A stretch of 64,000 bases of DNA from a virus. The notes beneath the pieces were generated by a model that did no database searches, was not told the origin of the DNA, and was given only the letters and a program-made list of their open reading frames with translations. The translations under genes were made by a program, and so were the position numbers. This document shows, piece after piece, positions 15,553-25,163 of the stretch (within the stretch, counting starts at the first letter, position 1; every line of letters starts with the position of its first letter). The DNA lies in the IMG/VR virus record IMGVR_UViG_3300047548_000145, positions 3,204 to 67,203 of that record; one strand, written 5' to 3'.

Positions 15553-15782
15553 GTGCTCTATGCGTGTTTACCAGTGCGATGCAACTGTTAAGCGGGGAAG
15601 CGTGTTGACGTGTTCGGCATCTTACTTACGTCCTATGACGCTGCTAAGGTAAATGAAATAATTGACATTTCCAAATGCGTTTAGACAAAATCTATCACAA
15701 ATGGTATCTTAATAGATTTTATCTATCACCTTATAGAGGACATAGGAACAGCCTATAGTCCCTTACAAGACACAAAAGTGTG

Positions 15783-15790
15783 TATATTTG
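15783..15790 (+). promoter_or_regulatory. -7 promoter element for the plus-strand module
   Basis: TATATTTG 19 nt before ATG 15809; TAnnTTTG also precedes genes at 17522, 22338, 24832, 31665, 32278, 35849, 42501 and 44670. Confidence 0.6.
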
Positions 15791-15808
15791 TATCTCTAAA
15801 GACAAGTT

Positions 15809-16156
15809 ATGAAAGCTGTTAAGAAATATGCTGTAGGTGGTACAGTGCCCAAGAAAGAGAGTTGGGTACAGTCTGGCAGGTCTCCTATGGATCCAAGTAC
15901 CACACAGAAGCAACAGATTACTAACAAGGAGCTTTTAGAGCGTCTCACGCATCAGAAGGCACTAGAGGCACTGAAGAGGTCTGGAGTAGGCACTATCAGC
16001 TCAGACAGCACCAAGGTAGTACGTATGGACGCTTCAGGTAAGACTGAGATCTTAGACAACAACTACGCTAAGACCATCGCACTCGCTAAGGAGAAGGGTT
16101 TATACGATATAGCTAGACAGGAAGCTGTCAAGGATTTTAGAAACAGAAAAGCTTAA
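15809..16156 (+). CDS. hypothetical protein with KKYxxGG motif
   Basis: MKAVKKYAVGG... Confidence 0.7.
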   Translation: MKAVKKYAVGGTVPKKESWVQSGRSPMDPSTTQKQQITNKELLERLTHQKALEALKRSGVGTISSDSTKVVRMDASGKTEILDNNYAKTIALAKEKGLYDIARQEAVKDFRNRKA

Positions 16157-16159
16157 GAT

Positions 16160-16318
16160 ATGAAAACAAACAAGAAGATGTATATGGGTGGCGGGATGGC
16201 ACCTAAATACGGTATGGGAGGTATGATGAAGAAGTACCTCAAGGGTGGACAGGTTAAACTGGACAAGGACCAGGATGGCAAGATCACGGGTAAGGACTTT
16301 AAGATGATGAAGAAATGA
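16160..16318 (+). CDS. small protein with three YxxGG motifs and an EF-hand-like loop
   Basis: MKTNKKMYMGGGMAPKYGMGGMMKKYLKGGQVKLDKDQDGKITGKDFKMMKK. Confidence 0.65.
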   Translation: MKTNKKMYMGGGMAPKYGMGGMMKKYLKGGQVKLDKDQDGKITGKDFKMMKK

Positions 16319-16488
16319 AAATCAAGAAGTACAGCGAAGGCGGTGAGATGGAATCTGGCCGTATGGTAGAGGTGAAGGCTATGAGTCTGGATGAGGCTGT
16401 CAAGCAAGTTATGGCTGCAGTCAAAGTAAGCAAAGAACAGCCTACCCACTACAAGATCAAAGCCTGCTACTACTCCGAGGAGGAATGA
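16315..16488 (+). CDS. small protein with KKYxxGG motif
   Basis: MKIKKYSEGGEMESG...; ATGA coupled. Confidence 0.6.
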   Translation: MKIKKYSEGGEMESGRMVEVKAMSLDEAVKQVMAAVKVSKEQPTHYKIKACYYSEEE

Positions 16489-16652
16489 AGATCACCAAGA
16501 AGAATAACAAGATGATGGTAACGGCACCAGAGGGATATCACTGGATGTCCGAGAAGGGTCGTTACTACCTGATGAAGCACGAGGGTAAGTTCGTTCCCCA
16601 CGAGGGAGCTAGCCTAGAGGCATCGTTCAGGATTAAAGAGAAGCACCAATGA
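16485..16652 (+). CDS. small hypothetical protein
   Basis: MKITKKNNKMMVTAPEGYHWM...; ATGA coupled. Confidence 0.6.
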   Translation: MKITKKNNKMMVTAPEGYHWMSEKGRYYLMKHEGKFVPHEGASLEASFRIKEKHQ

Positions 16653-16789
16653 AACTAATCAAGAGAGCAGACGGCACCTACTCCAAGAGAGGGCTGTGGG
16701 ATAACATCCGTGCTAACAAGGGTTCAGGCAAGAAGCCTACCAAGGCTATGCTAGAAGCTGAAAAGAAGATTAAAAATGAAAGTAAGTAA
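16649..16789 (+). CDS. small basic protein
   Basis: MKLIKRADGTYSKRGLWDNIRANKGSGKKPTKAML... Confidence 0.6.
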   Translation: MKLIKRADGTYSKRGLWDNIRANKGSGKKPTKAMLEAEKKIKNESK

Positions 16790-17024
16790 GACCTCCAAGT
16801 ACTACAAGGAGAACCCTGAGGCTGCAGAGAAGCGCAGAGAGTACCAGCGTGAGTACAACAAGTCTACAGAGCGTAAGAAGTACAGAGCACTGCTCAATAA
16901 GTACAACAGAGAGCAAGGTACCTACGGGAATGGAGATGGCCTAGATGCCTCCCATACCAAGTCAGGTAAACTTGTATTTGAGAAGGCTTCAGCAAACAGA
17001 GCACGTAACAGAGGGAAGAAGTAA
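16776..17024 (+). CDS. small basic protein, possibly HNH-like
   Basis: GDGLDASH....NRARN resembles a minimal HNH motif. Confidence 0.5.
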   Translation: MKVSKTSKYYKENPEAAEKRREYQREYNKSTERKKYRALLNKYNREQGTYGNGDGLDASHTKSGKLVFEKASANRARNRGKK

Positions 17025-17534
17025 CTAGCGCTGGGGGTCTACAATCTGTCCACCCACGAGCCAGTACGACTTTCTCTTGATAGCAGACTTCCCTTCAAGT
17101 TTCTTGTAGAAGTCCTGTACGTGCAACTTACCCTTCTGGGTGAGAGAGAACCGATTGCTATACACCTCTGACTCTATGTTACGCATAGCCAACTGCTCCA
17201 TAGTGATGCCCTCACTCTTTCTGTTGTACATAACGTCAATGAGGCCATAGGCACGGATAGTAGGCAGTATCTTGACACGTATATAGCTCTCGGAGAACCC
17301 TGAACGCTTGGCTGCATAAGGGATAGTAAAGAACTCGTAGTCATACGACCACAACATAAAGGCTACGTGGGCAAATGACAGCCTCCTGTCGTCACGGAAG
17401 TCTCCAACAGCCGATGCAAGATTGCTGCAGTAGCTCGCTCCTATCTTGTCTGGGTCTGCTTTAGAGAACTCTCTGAACTTCCTAGAGGGGTGCTTACGAA
17501 AACGCTTCATACTTAATTTCATATATTTGTACAA
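17025..17534 (-). CDS. putative winged-HTH DNA-binding regulator
   Basis: Lone minus-strand gene; HTH-like segment and FSLTQKG wing motif (MarR-like). Confidence 0.55.
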   Translation of the reverse strand: MYKYMKLSMKRFRKHPSRKFREFSKADPDKIGASYCSNLASAVGDFRDDRRLSFAHVAFMLWSYDYEFFTIPYAAKRSGFSESYIRVKILPTIRAYGLIDVMYNRKSEGITMEQLAMRNIESEVYSNRFSLTQKGKLHVQDFYKKLEGKSAIKRKSYWLVGGQIVDPQR

Positions 17535-17546
17535 AAATACGAGATT

Positions 17547-18764
17547 ATGGGCAGTTTAGCTTCCGTTAAGGTAAAAGATGGTTACCCCACGCTCCTGAAG
17601 ACGGAGACCAGCACTCTGAGCAGTACTCTACAGATTGTAGAAGATGGTATCGGTACCAATTCTGCACTTCTTATTGGAACAGACTCTATCGGTGTGTCTG
17701 GAAACCAGTTCTTCACCAATGGTTTGGTTGTAGACAATACGGAACTCACTGGTGTTTTTCTAGACGCTAACAACAGACTCGTAAAAAGAGAGCTTGGAAC
17801 AGACGCATTTTCATCTACAGGTGACTATACAGCCTCTGCACCTATCAGCATCAGCACAAACGTAATAAACCTGCTAGCACCTAGCGTTATCGCACAGATT
17901 ACTGCCGCTGGCCTGGTTTCTGGCGACTCAATGCTAGTATACGACCAGTCAGACTCTGTCTACAAGGGGATGACGATGTTGGACTTTAACGACTATTTGT
18001 TCAAGAATCCATCTTTTACTGTCCGCCCGCCATTGGCATACGATTCTTCCCTGAAGATATTCTCCCTGCAGAACCCAGAAAATATGCCTGCAGGCCTAAT
18101 TACGCCTGTAAGCACCACACAGTTCGTTGTGTCTAACCCAACGGGGTCTGGATATGGTGGAGTTACCTTCGATACGCTGGTGACAGAGATTGCTGCATCT
18201 ATTGCACTACCTGCTGCAGGAAGCACTGGACAGATTCAGTTCAATAACTCTGGCGTATTTTACGCATCTTCCTCCTTTGTAATCAGCGGATCAGCAGGAG
18301 CAGAGACCTTGCAGTTTGCTGGTCTTATGTCCGAGAATAAGGAGTCATCCGACTCTGATACTTTCGTCTTCAGAAAGAGTGGAAGCCCTGATTTCCTAGG
18401 AAGTGCAGCCACTAAGACCCTGATGTTCTCCGATGACGTGAATACGGGCCTTGGATGGCGTACTATGGCTACAGTAGATGGGCTTGGTAAGTACAAGGCT
18501 GTCATTATGGACTATGTGATGTACAACGACTCTGAGTCTAAAGTACGTGTAGGTAGGCTGTCTGGCTGCTGGAACACCATCTTGTCGTCTTCTGCCACCT
18601 ATACAGACACCGTCTTGACTTACTTTGGTAGTGGAATTGACGCAAACCCACTGCTGCGTATTTCAATCAGCGGTGCTGGAGTTATCACCATCGAAATCAA
18701 TAACAGCCTTGGTGAGCAGATACACGTCCGTGCTGAGGCTAAGTTTATGTACTCTTACTTCTAA
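17547..18764 (+). CDS. putative virion structural/fibre protein
   Basis: S/T/G-rich, with a GSTGQIQFNNSG fibre-type motif. Confidence 0.55.
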   Translation: MGSLASVKVKDGYPTLLKTETSTLSSTLQIVEDGIGTNSALLIGTDSIGVSGNQFFTNGLVVDNTELTGVFLDANNRLVKRELGTDAFSSTGDYTASAPISISTNVINLLAPSVIAQITAAGLVSGDSMLVYDQSDSVYKGMTMLDFNDYLFKNPSFTVRPPLAYDSSLKIFSLQNPENMPAGLITPVSTTQFVVSNPTGSGYGGVTFDTLVTEIAASIALPAAGSTGQIQFNNSGVFYASSSFVISGSAGAETLQFAGLMSENKESSDSDTFVFRKSGSPDFLGSAATKTLMFSDDVNTGLGWRTMATVDGLGKYKAVIMDYVMYNDSESKVRVGRLSGCWNTILSSSATYTDTVLTYFGSGIDANPLLRISISGAGVITIEINNSLGEQIHVRAEAKFMYSYF

Positions 18765-18776
18765 TAAAACAATCCA

Positions 18777-19058
18777 ATGAAATTTAAAGACTACACGGAC
18801 CTGTTTATGTTTGTCAACGAACAGACTCAGGAAATCAAGAACAGAATCGAAGAGTCAGGGATGGATAACGAGGTAGACATCCTTGTAGTCGTATCTTGCC
18901 AGAAGCAGGGCTCCGATAAGGGTCAGGCATATATCGAAATCTCTAACAACGATGTAGAGGTGGTGGCAGATATGCTTGAACTGGTTGTGGACGCTATTGA
19001 CTCAGACGAGAGCAGCCGCATTGACTTTACCAATTTCGACAAGTTAGATATCAATTAA
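18777..19058 (+). CDS. acidic hypothetical protein
   Basis: 93 aa ORF. Confidence 0.65.
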   Translation: MKFKDYTDLFMFVNEQTQEIKNRIEESGMDNEVDILVVVSCQKQGSDKGQAYIEISNNDVEVVADMLELVVDAIDSDESSRIDFTNFDKLDIN

Positions 19059-19067
19059 AACAACGTT

Positions 19068-19304
19068 ATGGAAATAATTAGAAAAATCGTCATCGGGCCA
19101 GATCCGATGAAGGCGATGGCCTACTATGTTGGCCAGAAAGCAGGGGCACATACGGTGTCCGCAATTGTACTTGACGAAAAGTATCTGCATATGCACAATG
19201 AACGCAGGTACGCTATCTACATTCAGGACGAAGACGGGTCGCAGATGATCTGGAAGCGTGTTGAAGGTATGCCTGTAGTAGTCGAGTTCGACTGCAACTT
19301 CTAA
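19068..19304 (+). CDS. hypothetical protein
   Basis: IIRKIVIGPDPMKAMAYYVGQ..; precedes the GroES-like gene. Confidence 0.7.
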   Translation: MEIIRKIVIGPDPMKAMAYYVGQKAGAHTVSAIVLDEKYLHMHNERRYAIYIQDEDGSQMIWKRVEGMPVVVEFDCNF

Positions 19305-19332
19305 GAAAACTCAATTTAATTTACTTACTGGA

Positions 19333-19932
19333 ATGAAACCACTACACGATTTTATCGTATACCTGCCCAAGCGTGTAAAAGACACGGTAACCATTGGAGG
19401 ACAGGAAATCTACCTAGAAAGCAAGTTCAACGAGTTTGAGCACCGCATCAACTACGCTGAGATTGTAGCAGTGCCCCTAAAGCATCAGACAGGTGCCGAG
19501 GTTGGAGATATGCTGTTCATCCACCACCACGTGATGGATTACGGAGGAGCGCAGTGCATCGACAAAGAGAAACACCTGTACAAGGTGGTGTACAACCCTG
19601 AGGGAGGATTTGGTACGCAGTGCTACGCCTACAAGAAGAAGGATACAGGAGAGATTCATATGATGACTGACTGGGTGTTTGTAGAGCCAGTAGAACAGCC
19701 TAAAAAACTCAAGAGCGACATCATTGAGATTATTGAGACCGAAGAGCCCGTAAACGAGTACGGACGTGTGTGGTCTGACTCCACCTTCCTGAATGAGAAC
19801 GGAGTGTACAAGGGAGACATCGTTCGCTTTGAGAAGAACGCTGACTACTCTATGGACGTGGATGGCAAGAAGGTGTGGCGTATGATGTTTAACCACCTGA
19901 TGTTTGTCACCGATGAAGTCCCAGGAAAGTAA
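19333..19932 (+). CDS. GroES-like co-chaperonin (tandem domain)
   Basis: MKPLHDFIV..AEIVAVP..EVGD, then a second repeat DWVFVEPVE..KGDIVRF. Confidence 0.65.
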   Translation: MKPLHDFIVYLPKRVKDTVTIGGQEIYLESKFNEFEHRINYAEIVAVPLKHQTGAEVGDMLFIHHHVMDYGGAQCIDKEKHLYKVVYNPEGGFGTQCYAYKKKDTGEIHMMTDWVFVEPVEQPKKLKSDIIEIIETEEPVNEYGRVWSDSTFLNENGVYKGDIVRFEKNADYSMDVDGKKVWRMMFNHLMFVTDEVPGK

Positions 19933-20212
19933 GTTTACCACGGTAGATGCAGCACGAAGGCTGTTGTCTTCTATGGAGCAAGCTATCAATGGACTTATTG
20001 AGGAGATTCGTAAGCCAGTAGATGCTGAACTTACAGGCTCTGCCAGGAAGGCGGAACTCAGCGCCATCAAGCAGTCTGTTATAGACGCACGTGAACTGAT
20101 TCAGGAGCGTCAGAGGTTGGAGGAACTTATCAGGTCGCTAGAAGACAATGACGAGGTATCCGAGGATAGAGACTTTAAGGCTGGCTTTGCCGAGCGTAAG
20201 ATAAAAGGATAA
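19904..20212 (+). CDS. putative terminase small subunit
   Basis: Helical 102 aa protein directly upstream of TerL; ends GFAERK. Confidence 0.5.
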   Translation: MSPMKSQESKFTTVDAARRLLSSMEQAINGLIEEIRKPVDAELTGSARKAELSAIKQSVIDARELIQERQRLEELIRSLEDNDEVSEDRDFKAGFAERKIKG

Positions 20213-22332
20213 TGGCTGGATTAAAGGTCGTAGACAAGGAGACTATTATAAACATATGTCCCGACAACACTGCTGGTGACATCATAGAGCTATTTGACCT
20301 ATTTATACAGCTTCCTAAGCAGCCAGAGAAGAAGGACATCCTGTTCAGCGATATGAAGAAGTCTGAGCAGATGTGGAGACGCATAGACCTGCCTAAAGAA
20401 CTGCTTTCTATCAAGTCTATGGACGAGTGGTACGAGACTCCACGTGAATTTCAATTGCGCTACTCTCCAATCATTGATAAGGAGTTTGACCGCAGACGGA
20501 ATGGTGTGTGGTTTATGAATAATGGAGAGCCTACATACATCACAGGGCACCACTATATGTTCCTACAGTGGTCTCGTATAGATATCGGATACCCATCTTA
20601 CCTAGAATTCCAGCGTAGGCTGTTCCTGCATCAGATGGCCTGTGAGGTTGACCCTAGATGTATGGGACAGATTTACGTCAAGTGTAGACGTTCTGGGTAT
20701 ACCAATATGTGTAGTTCTATCATTACTGACGAGGCTACGCAGGTGAAGGAGAAGTTGCTTGGCGTAATGTCCAAGACGGGTACGGACGCACAGGAGGCTG
20801 TCTTTATGTCTAAGGTTGTCCCCATCTTTAGGTCCTATCCATTCTTCTTCAAGCCCATCCAGGACGGTACCACAAACCCACGTGTGGAGTTAGCGTTCCG
20901 TGAGCCAGCTAAACGAATCACCAAGACCAATAAAACCTCTCAGCGTGGAGAGGCACTCGATACTATAATTAACTGGAAGAATACAACAAACAACGCATAT
21001 GACGGATCTAAAACACACCTACTATTCTTTGATGAGGCTGGTAAGTGGCTCAAACCCAGTGACATACGTGAGTCTTGGCGTATCCATAGAACCTGTCTCC
21101 TTATTGGTCGTAAGATTATTGGAAAGGCTCTTGTAGGTTCTACGGTAAACCCGCTGGATCAGGGAGGTCGCCAGTACAGAGACTTGTACTATAATTCTGA
21201 TCCAAAAGACCGAAACGATAACGACAGAACAAAGTCTGGCCTGTATAAGGTATTTATCCCTGCATACGAGGCGCTAGAAGGCTTCTTTGACAAGTACGGT
21301 AATCCCATCGTGGACGATCCGAAGGAGCCTATTGTTAGTATGGATGGTGATGTCATCAAGATTGGAGCTAAGACGTTCTTGAAGAACGAAAGAAAGGCGC
21401 TAACCAACGACAGCTACGAACTCAACGAAGTCATCCGCCAGTTCCCGTTTACGGAAGACGAGGCGTTCCGAGACTCTACCAAGTCAAGTCTGTTCAACAT
21501 TGGAAAGATATACGAACAGATTCAGTATAACGATGAGTTGTATCCAGACCCCGTGGTGCGTGGAAACTTCGTATGGGAGAATGGAGTACAGGACACCAAG
21601 GTGCAGTTCAAGCCTGATTCGGATGGCAGGTGGTACATCACCTGGATGCCAGACCCTGAGGATAGGAGCGTGATGAAGATGGAGAACGGTAAGCGTGTGC
21701 CGCCTAACCATATGTACGGATGTGGAGGCGTTGACTCCTATGACCTAGATGCTACGGTGGATGGTCGTTCTTCTAAAGGTGCCTGCCATATGTACCTCAA
21801 GTTTAATATGAAGTACCCAAGCAACACCTTCATCGCAGAGTATGCATCAAGGCCGCCATTGGCTAGAATCTTCTACGAGGATGTACTGATGGCTTCTGTG
21901 TTCTTCGGCTTCCCGCTGCTGATAGAAAACAATAAGTACGGCATCGTGAGATACTTTGAGTCTAGGGGGTATGATGGTTATGTTATGGACAGACCTGAAC
22001 ACCTCGGTGGTTCTACAAACCACGTCACGGTAAAGTCAAAGGGTATCCCATCTAACTCACAGGATGTCATCCAGGCTCACGCACAGGCTATTGAGGCATT
22101 TATCCACGAGCACGTAGGGCTGAATAATGACAGCGGAACCTACGGAAAGATGTATTTCAATAGGACGCTAGAGGACTGGATCAATTTCAAGATTGATGAC
22201 AGAACCAAGTATGACTTGTCTATATCGTCAGGTCTTGCACTGCTAGCAGCACAGAAGGTAGCCAAGGAGAAGAAGATAGTAAACTTCAACGACAAGGTGT
22301 TCTTCCGCAAGGCAAAACAGATAGTTAGATAA
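20212..22332 (+). CDS. terL: terminase large subunit
   Basis: Walker A-like KCRRSGYT, Walker B LLFFDEAGK, GST motif, nuclease GVDSYD and IENNK. Confidence 0.9.
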   Translation: MAGLKVVDKETIINICPDNTAGDIIELFDLFIQLPKQPEKKDILFSDMKKSEQMWRRIDLPKELLSIKSMDEWYETPREFQLRYSPIIDKEFDRRRNGVWFMNNGEPTYITGHHYMFLQWSRIDIGYPSYLEFQRRLFLHQMACEVDPRCMGQIYVKCRRSGYTNMCSSIITDEATQVKEKLLGVMSKTGTDAQEAVFMSKVVPIFRSYPFFFKPIQDGTTNPRVELAFREPAKRITKTNKTSQRGEALDTIINWKNTTNNAYDGSKTHLLFFDEAGKWLKPSDIRESWRIHRTCLLIGRKIIGKALVGSTVNPLDQGGRQYRDLYYNSDPKDRNDNDRTKSGLYKVFIPAYEALEGFFDKYGNPIVDDPKEPIVSMDGDVIKIGAKTFLKNERKALTNDSYELNEVIRQFPFTEDEAFRDSTKSSLFNIGKIYEQIQYNDELYPDPVVRGNFVWENGVQDTKVQFKPDSDGRWYITWMPDPEDRSVMKMENGKRVPPNHMYGCGGVDSYDLDATVDGRSSKGACHMYLKFNMKYPSNTFIAEYASRPPLARIFYEDVLMASVFFGFPLLIENNKYGIVRYFESRGYDGYVMDRPEHLGGSTNHVTVKSKGIPSNSQDVIQAHAQAIEAFIHEHVGLNNDSGTYGKMYFNRTLEDWINFKIDDRTKYDLSISSGLALLAAQKVAKEKKIVNFNDKVFFRKAKQIVR

Positions 22333-22387
22333 ATCAATACCTTTGTAGGATATATACGACATTATGTCGTAAAATAAGGCTTAACGT

Positions 22388-24829
22388 ATGATAGATGATG
22401 TAGGATTGAGCTCAGGGCTCGGATTTCCAGACCCACTAGCGCCACACGCTACGAAGGTCACAAAGGAATACGGGCTCAAATATGCGAAAGGCGTATACGC
22501 TCAGTGGGGTGGAACAGAAACTACAGGCTCTCTGTACAATAGACGCTGGAAGGAATTCCAGGTCAACAGGGACTATGCCAACGGTACGCAGGACACCAAT
22601 ATATACAAACAGATTCTAACCTCGCTGGACCCGAACAACGGAGACGGTGCACTGATGTCCCTAGACTGGACACCTGTACCTATCGTCCCTAAGTTCGTGA
22701 AGGTAGTAGTGAATAAGATTCTGTCCACTGAACCATTCCCCAACGTAGACGCTATCGATCCCATCTCTCAGACCGAGAAAGATAAGGAGAAGGCTAGAAT
22801 CAAATTCCGCATTGAGAACAAGGCTGCCATCAAGCAGGCCAAGGACGCAGGTATCGATGTAGACTTCAATCCTGATGATTTGCCCGACACCACCGAGGAG
22901 GCAGAGATTTTCCTAGAGTCTTCCGTTAAGACAGGCGCAGAGATTGCTGCACAGATTGCTACAAGACTTACGCTGTCCTGGAATGACTTCAACGAGCGCA
23001 TCTACAGACGTAATGTAGAAGACATCGTCACTGTAGGTATGGCAGTTGTCAAGAGAGACAATGACCCAAACTACGGAATCAAGACCAAGTACGTAGACCC
23101 AGCATTCTTCATCCATAGTTTCACAGACGACCCGAACTTTACGGACTGCGTCTATATGGGCAGTATCCAGCGGATGACTATCCAAGAGTTAAAGAGAATC
23201 GCTAGAGACCAATTCACGGAAGAGGAATACGAGCGTATCGCACGTAGCGTAGCCAATAGACTTGGCAACAATGCCGACAGACTGATGGATATGCACTTCG
23301 ACCCATCGCTGAGTTCCTACAACTACGGATACGATGAGTTCACCGTAGAGATTATGGACTTCGAGTTTGTGAGCGTAGACCAAATCATCTTCGAGAAGAA
23401 GACCTCACGCTTCGGTAACGAAGGATTCTACTACAAGGGGTACACCTACAAGGCCCCAGCGCAGTCTGTGTACGACAGAGAGCCTGTGGCTATGAATAAC
23501 GCTACCCTCTATGGAGGTAAGTACATCGTAGGTACAGACTACCTATTTGACTACGGCCTGAAGAAGAATATCCCGAAAAACATCCACGACCTCTCTAGAA
23601 CTCGGTTCTCGTACTCTGTTGTTGCGACAAACATCAGACGTATGATCCCTAAGTCTATGGTTAGTGGCGTAATTGGATTTGCGGACCAGTTGCAACTCTC
23701 TCACCTAAAGATTCAGCAATCTGTTGCCAAGGCCAAGCCTGACGGATTGCTTGTAGACATCGAGGGTCTTGAGAATGTACAACTCGGACGTGGCGGAGAA
23801 CTACAGCCTCTAGACATCCAGGACATCTACGAGCAGACGGGTGTATTCTACTACCGCTCTAAGAACCCTGATGGAGGATTCCAGAACCCACCTGTCCGCT
23901 CACTGGACAACAGCATCAGAAACATCAATGAACTGATTACGCTGTACAACCACTACCTACGTATGATCCGTGACGCTACGGGTATCAACGAGGCTATGGA
24001 CGCTTCTACCCCAAAGGGAGAGCAGCTAGTAGGCGTACGTCAGCAGGCCATTGCGGCTGGAAATAACGCCATCTACGACATTACTAACGCTTCTATGGTA
24101 CTCTACCGCAGAGTGTGTGAAGATGTCGTTAAATGCCTTCAAATCATCCCTGTGAACTCTATCCTGTACAAGGCATACGAGAACGCTATCGGAAGAGAGA
24201 ATATGTCCGTGCTAAGTTCGTTTAAGGACTTACCTATGTACAACTTCGGTGTACGTGTAGTTACCGAGATGAACGACCAGGACAAGGCTTACTTGGAGGC
24301 TAACATCCAAGCAGCATTGAGCACGGGTGAGATTGACCTAGAAGATGCTATCGCCATCCGACAGCTTCGTGACGTAGATCAGGCCGAGAAGTTGCTTATC
24401 GTGCGTAGAAAGAAGCGCATCAAGCAGCGTCAGGAGGTTGCAGCACAGAACTCTCAGATGCAGGCACAGGCCAATATTCAGACGGCACAGGCTACTGCTC
24501 AGGGCGAGGCTCAACTGGAGCAACTTAAGTCTCAGCTGGACATCCAGAAGATGCAGATTGAGGCCCAGGTGAAGTCGCAACTCCTGCAGGTGGAATACAA
24601 CCTGAAGATGCAGCTGGAGCAGTTGAAGCTAGGAGTCCAGCAGCAGCAGGATGACCAGAAGACGCAGCAGATGCAGGCAATGGAAGAGATGAAGGAGGAG
24701 AAGAAAGATGAGCGCATCGACAAACAGGCTGTCGCTCAGTCCAAACTCATCTCCCAGAGACAGGGCAAGAGACCTGAACTGACGGACGAACAGGAGGATG
24801 ACATTATGAAAATCCTTGCTGGAGAATAA
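22388..24829 (+). CDS. portal protein
   Basis: 813 aa after TerL; LDWTPVPIVPKFV, IRDATGINEA; Q-rich coiled-coil C-terminus. Confidence 0.85.
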   Translation: MIDDVGLSSGLGFPDPLAPHATKVTKEYGLKYAKGVYAQWGGTETTGSLYNRRWKEFQVNRDYANGTQDTNIYKQILTSLDPNNGDGALMSLDWTPVPIVPKFVKVVVNKILSTEPFPNVDAIDPISQTEKDKEKARIKFRIENKAAIKQAKDAGIDVDFNPDDLPDTTEEAEIFLESSVKTGAEIAAQIATRLTLSWNDFNERIYRRNVEDIVTVGMAVVKRDNDPNYGIKTKYVDPAFFIHSFTDDPNFTDCVYMGSIQRMTIQELKRIARDQFTEEEYERIARSVANRLGNNADRLMDMHFDPSLSSYNYGYDEFTVEIMDFEFVSVDQIIFEKKTSRFGNEGFYYKGYTYKAPAQSVYDREPVAMNNATLYGGKYIVGTDYLFDYGLKKNIPKNIHDLSRTRFSYSVVATNIRRMIPKSMVSGVIGFADQLQLSHLKIQQSVAKAKPDGLLVDIEGLENVQLGRGGELQPLDIQDIYEQTGVFYYRSKNPDGGFQNPPVRSLDNSIRNINELITLYNHYLRMIRDATGINEAMDASTPKGEQLVGVRQQAIAAGNNAIYDITNASMVLYRRVCEDVVKCLQIIPVNSILYKAYENAIGRENMSVLSSFKDLPMYNFGVRVVTEMNDQDKAYLEANIQAALSTGEIDLEDAIAIRQLRDVDQAEKLLIVRRKKRIKQRQEVAAQNSQMQAQANIQTAQATAQGEAQLEQLKSQLDIQKMQIEAQVKSQLLQVEYNLKMQLEQLKLGVQQQQDDQKTQQMQAMEEMKEEKKDERIDKQAVAQSKLISQRQGKRPELTDEQEDDIMKILAGE

Positions 24830-24887
24830 CGTATATTTGCATAACATAGTATTGACCCTTGCTTTTTGAACTTTTATCTTTTGAACT

Positions 24888-25160
24888 ATGGCTTACGAGA
24901 ATATTCAGGCGGATACTAATTTCTACCGCCAATCCTTCGGTCAGAAGGGCTTTAGAATTATCACATCCGCTTTCACTCCAGTGGCTGACGAGCAGTATCG
25001 TGTTATTGTCCCGTTAGAGGATTCAACCGTTAGTGCTACTTCACTTGGAGCAGTCGGAGATAATCTGTCATCTACCGCAATTCCTGCTGGGTTAGCGGTT
25101 TATGGACTATTCAGCTCTGTAACTGTATCTACTGGTAAAGTACTAGCCTACATCGCCTAA
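24888..25160 (+). CDS. small virion protein
   Basis: 90 aa, beta-rich, ends VTVSTGKVLAY. Confidence 0.6.
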   Translation: MAYENIQADTNFYRQSFGQKGFRIITSAFTPVADEQYRVIVPLEDSTVSATSLGAVGDNLSSTAIPAGLAVYGLFSSVTVSTGKVLAYIA

Positions 25161-25163
25161 GTT

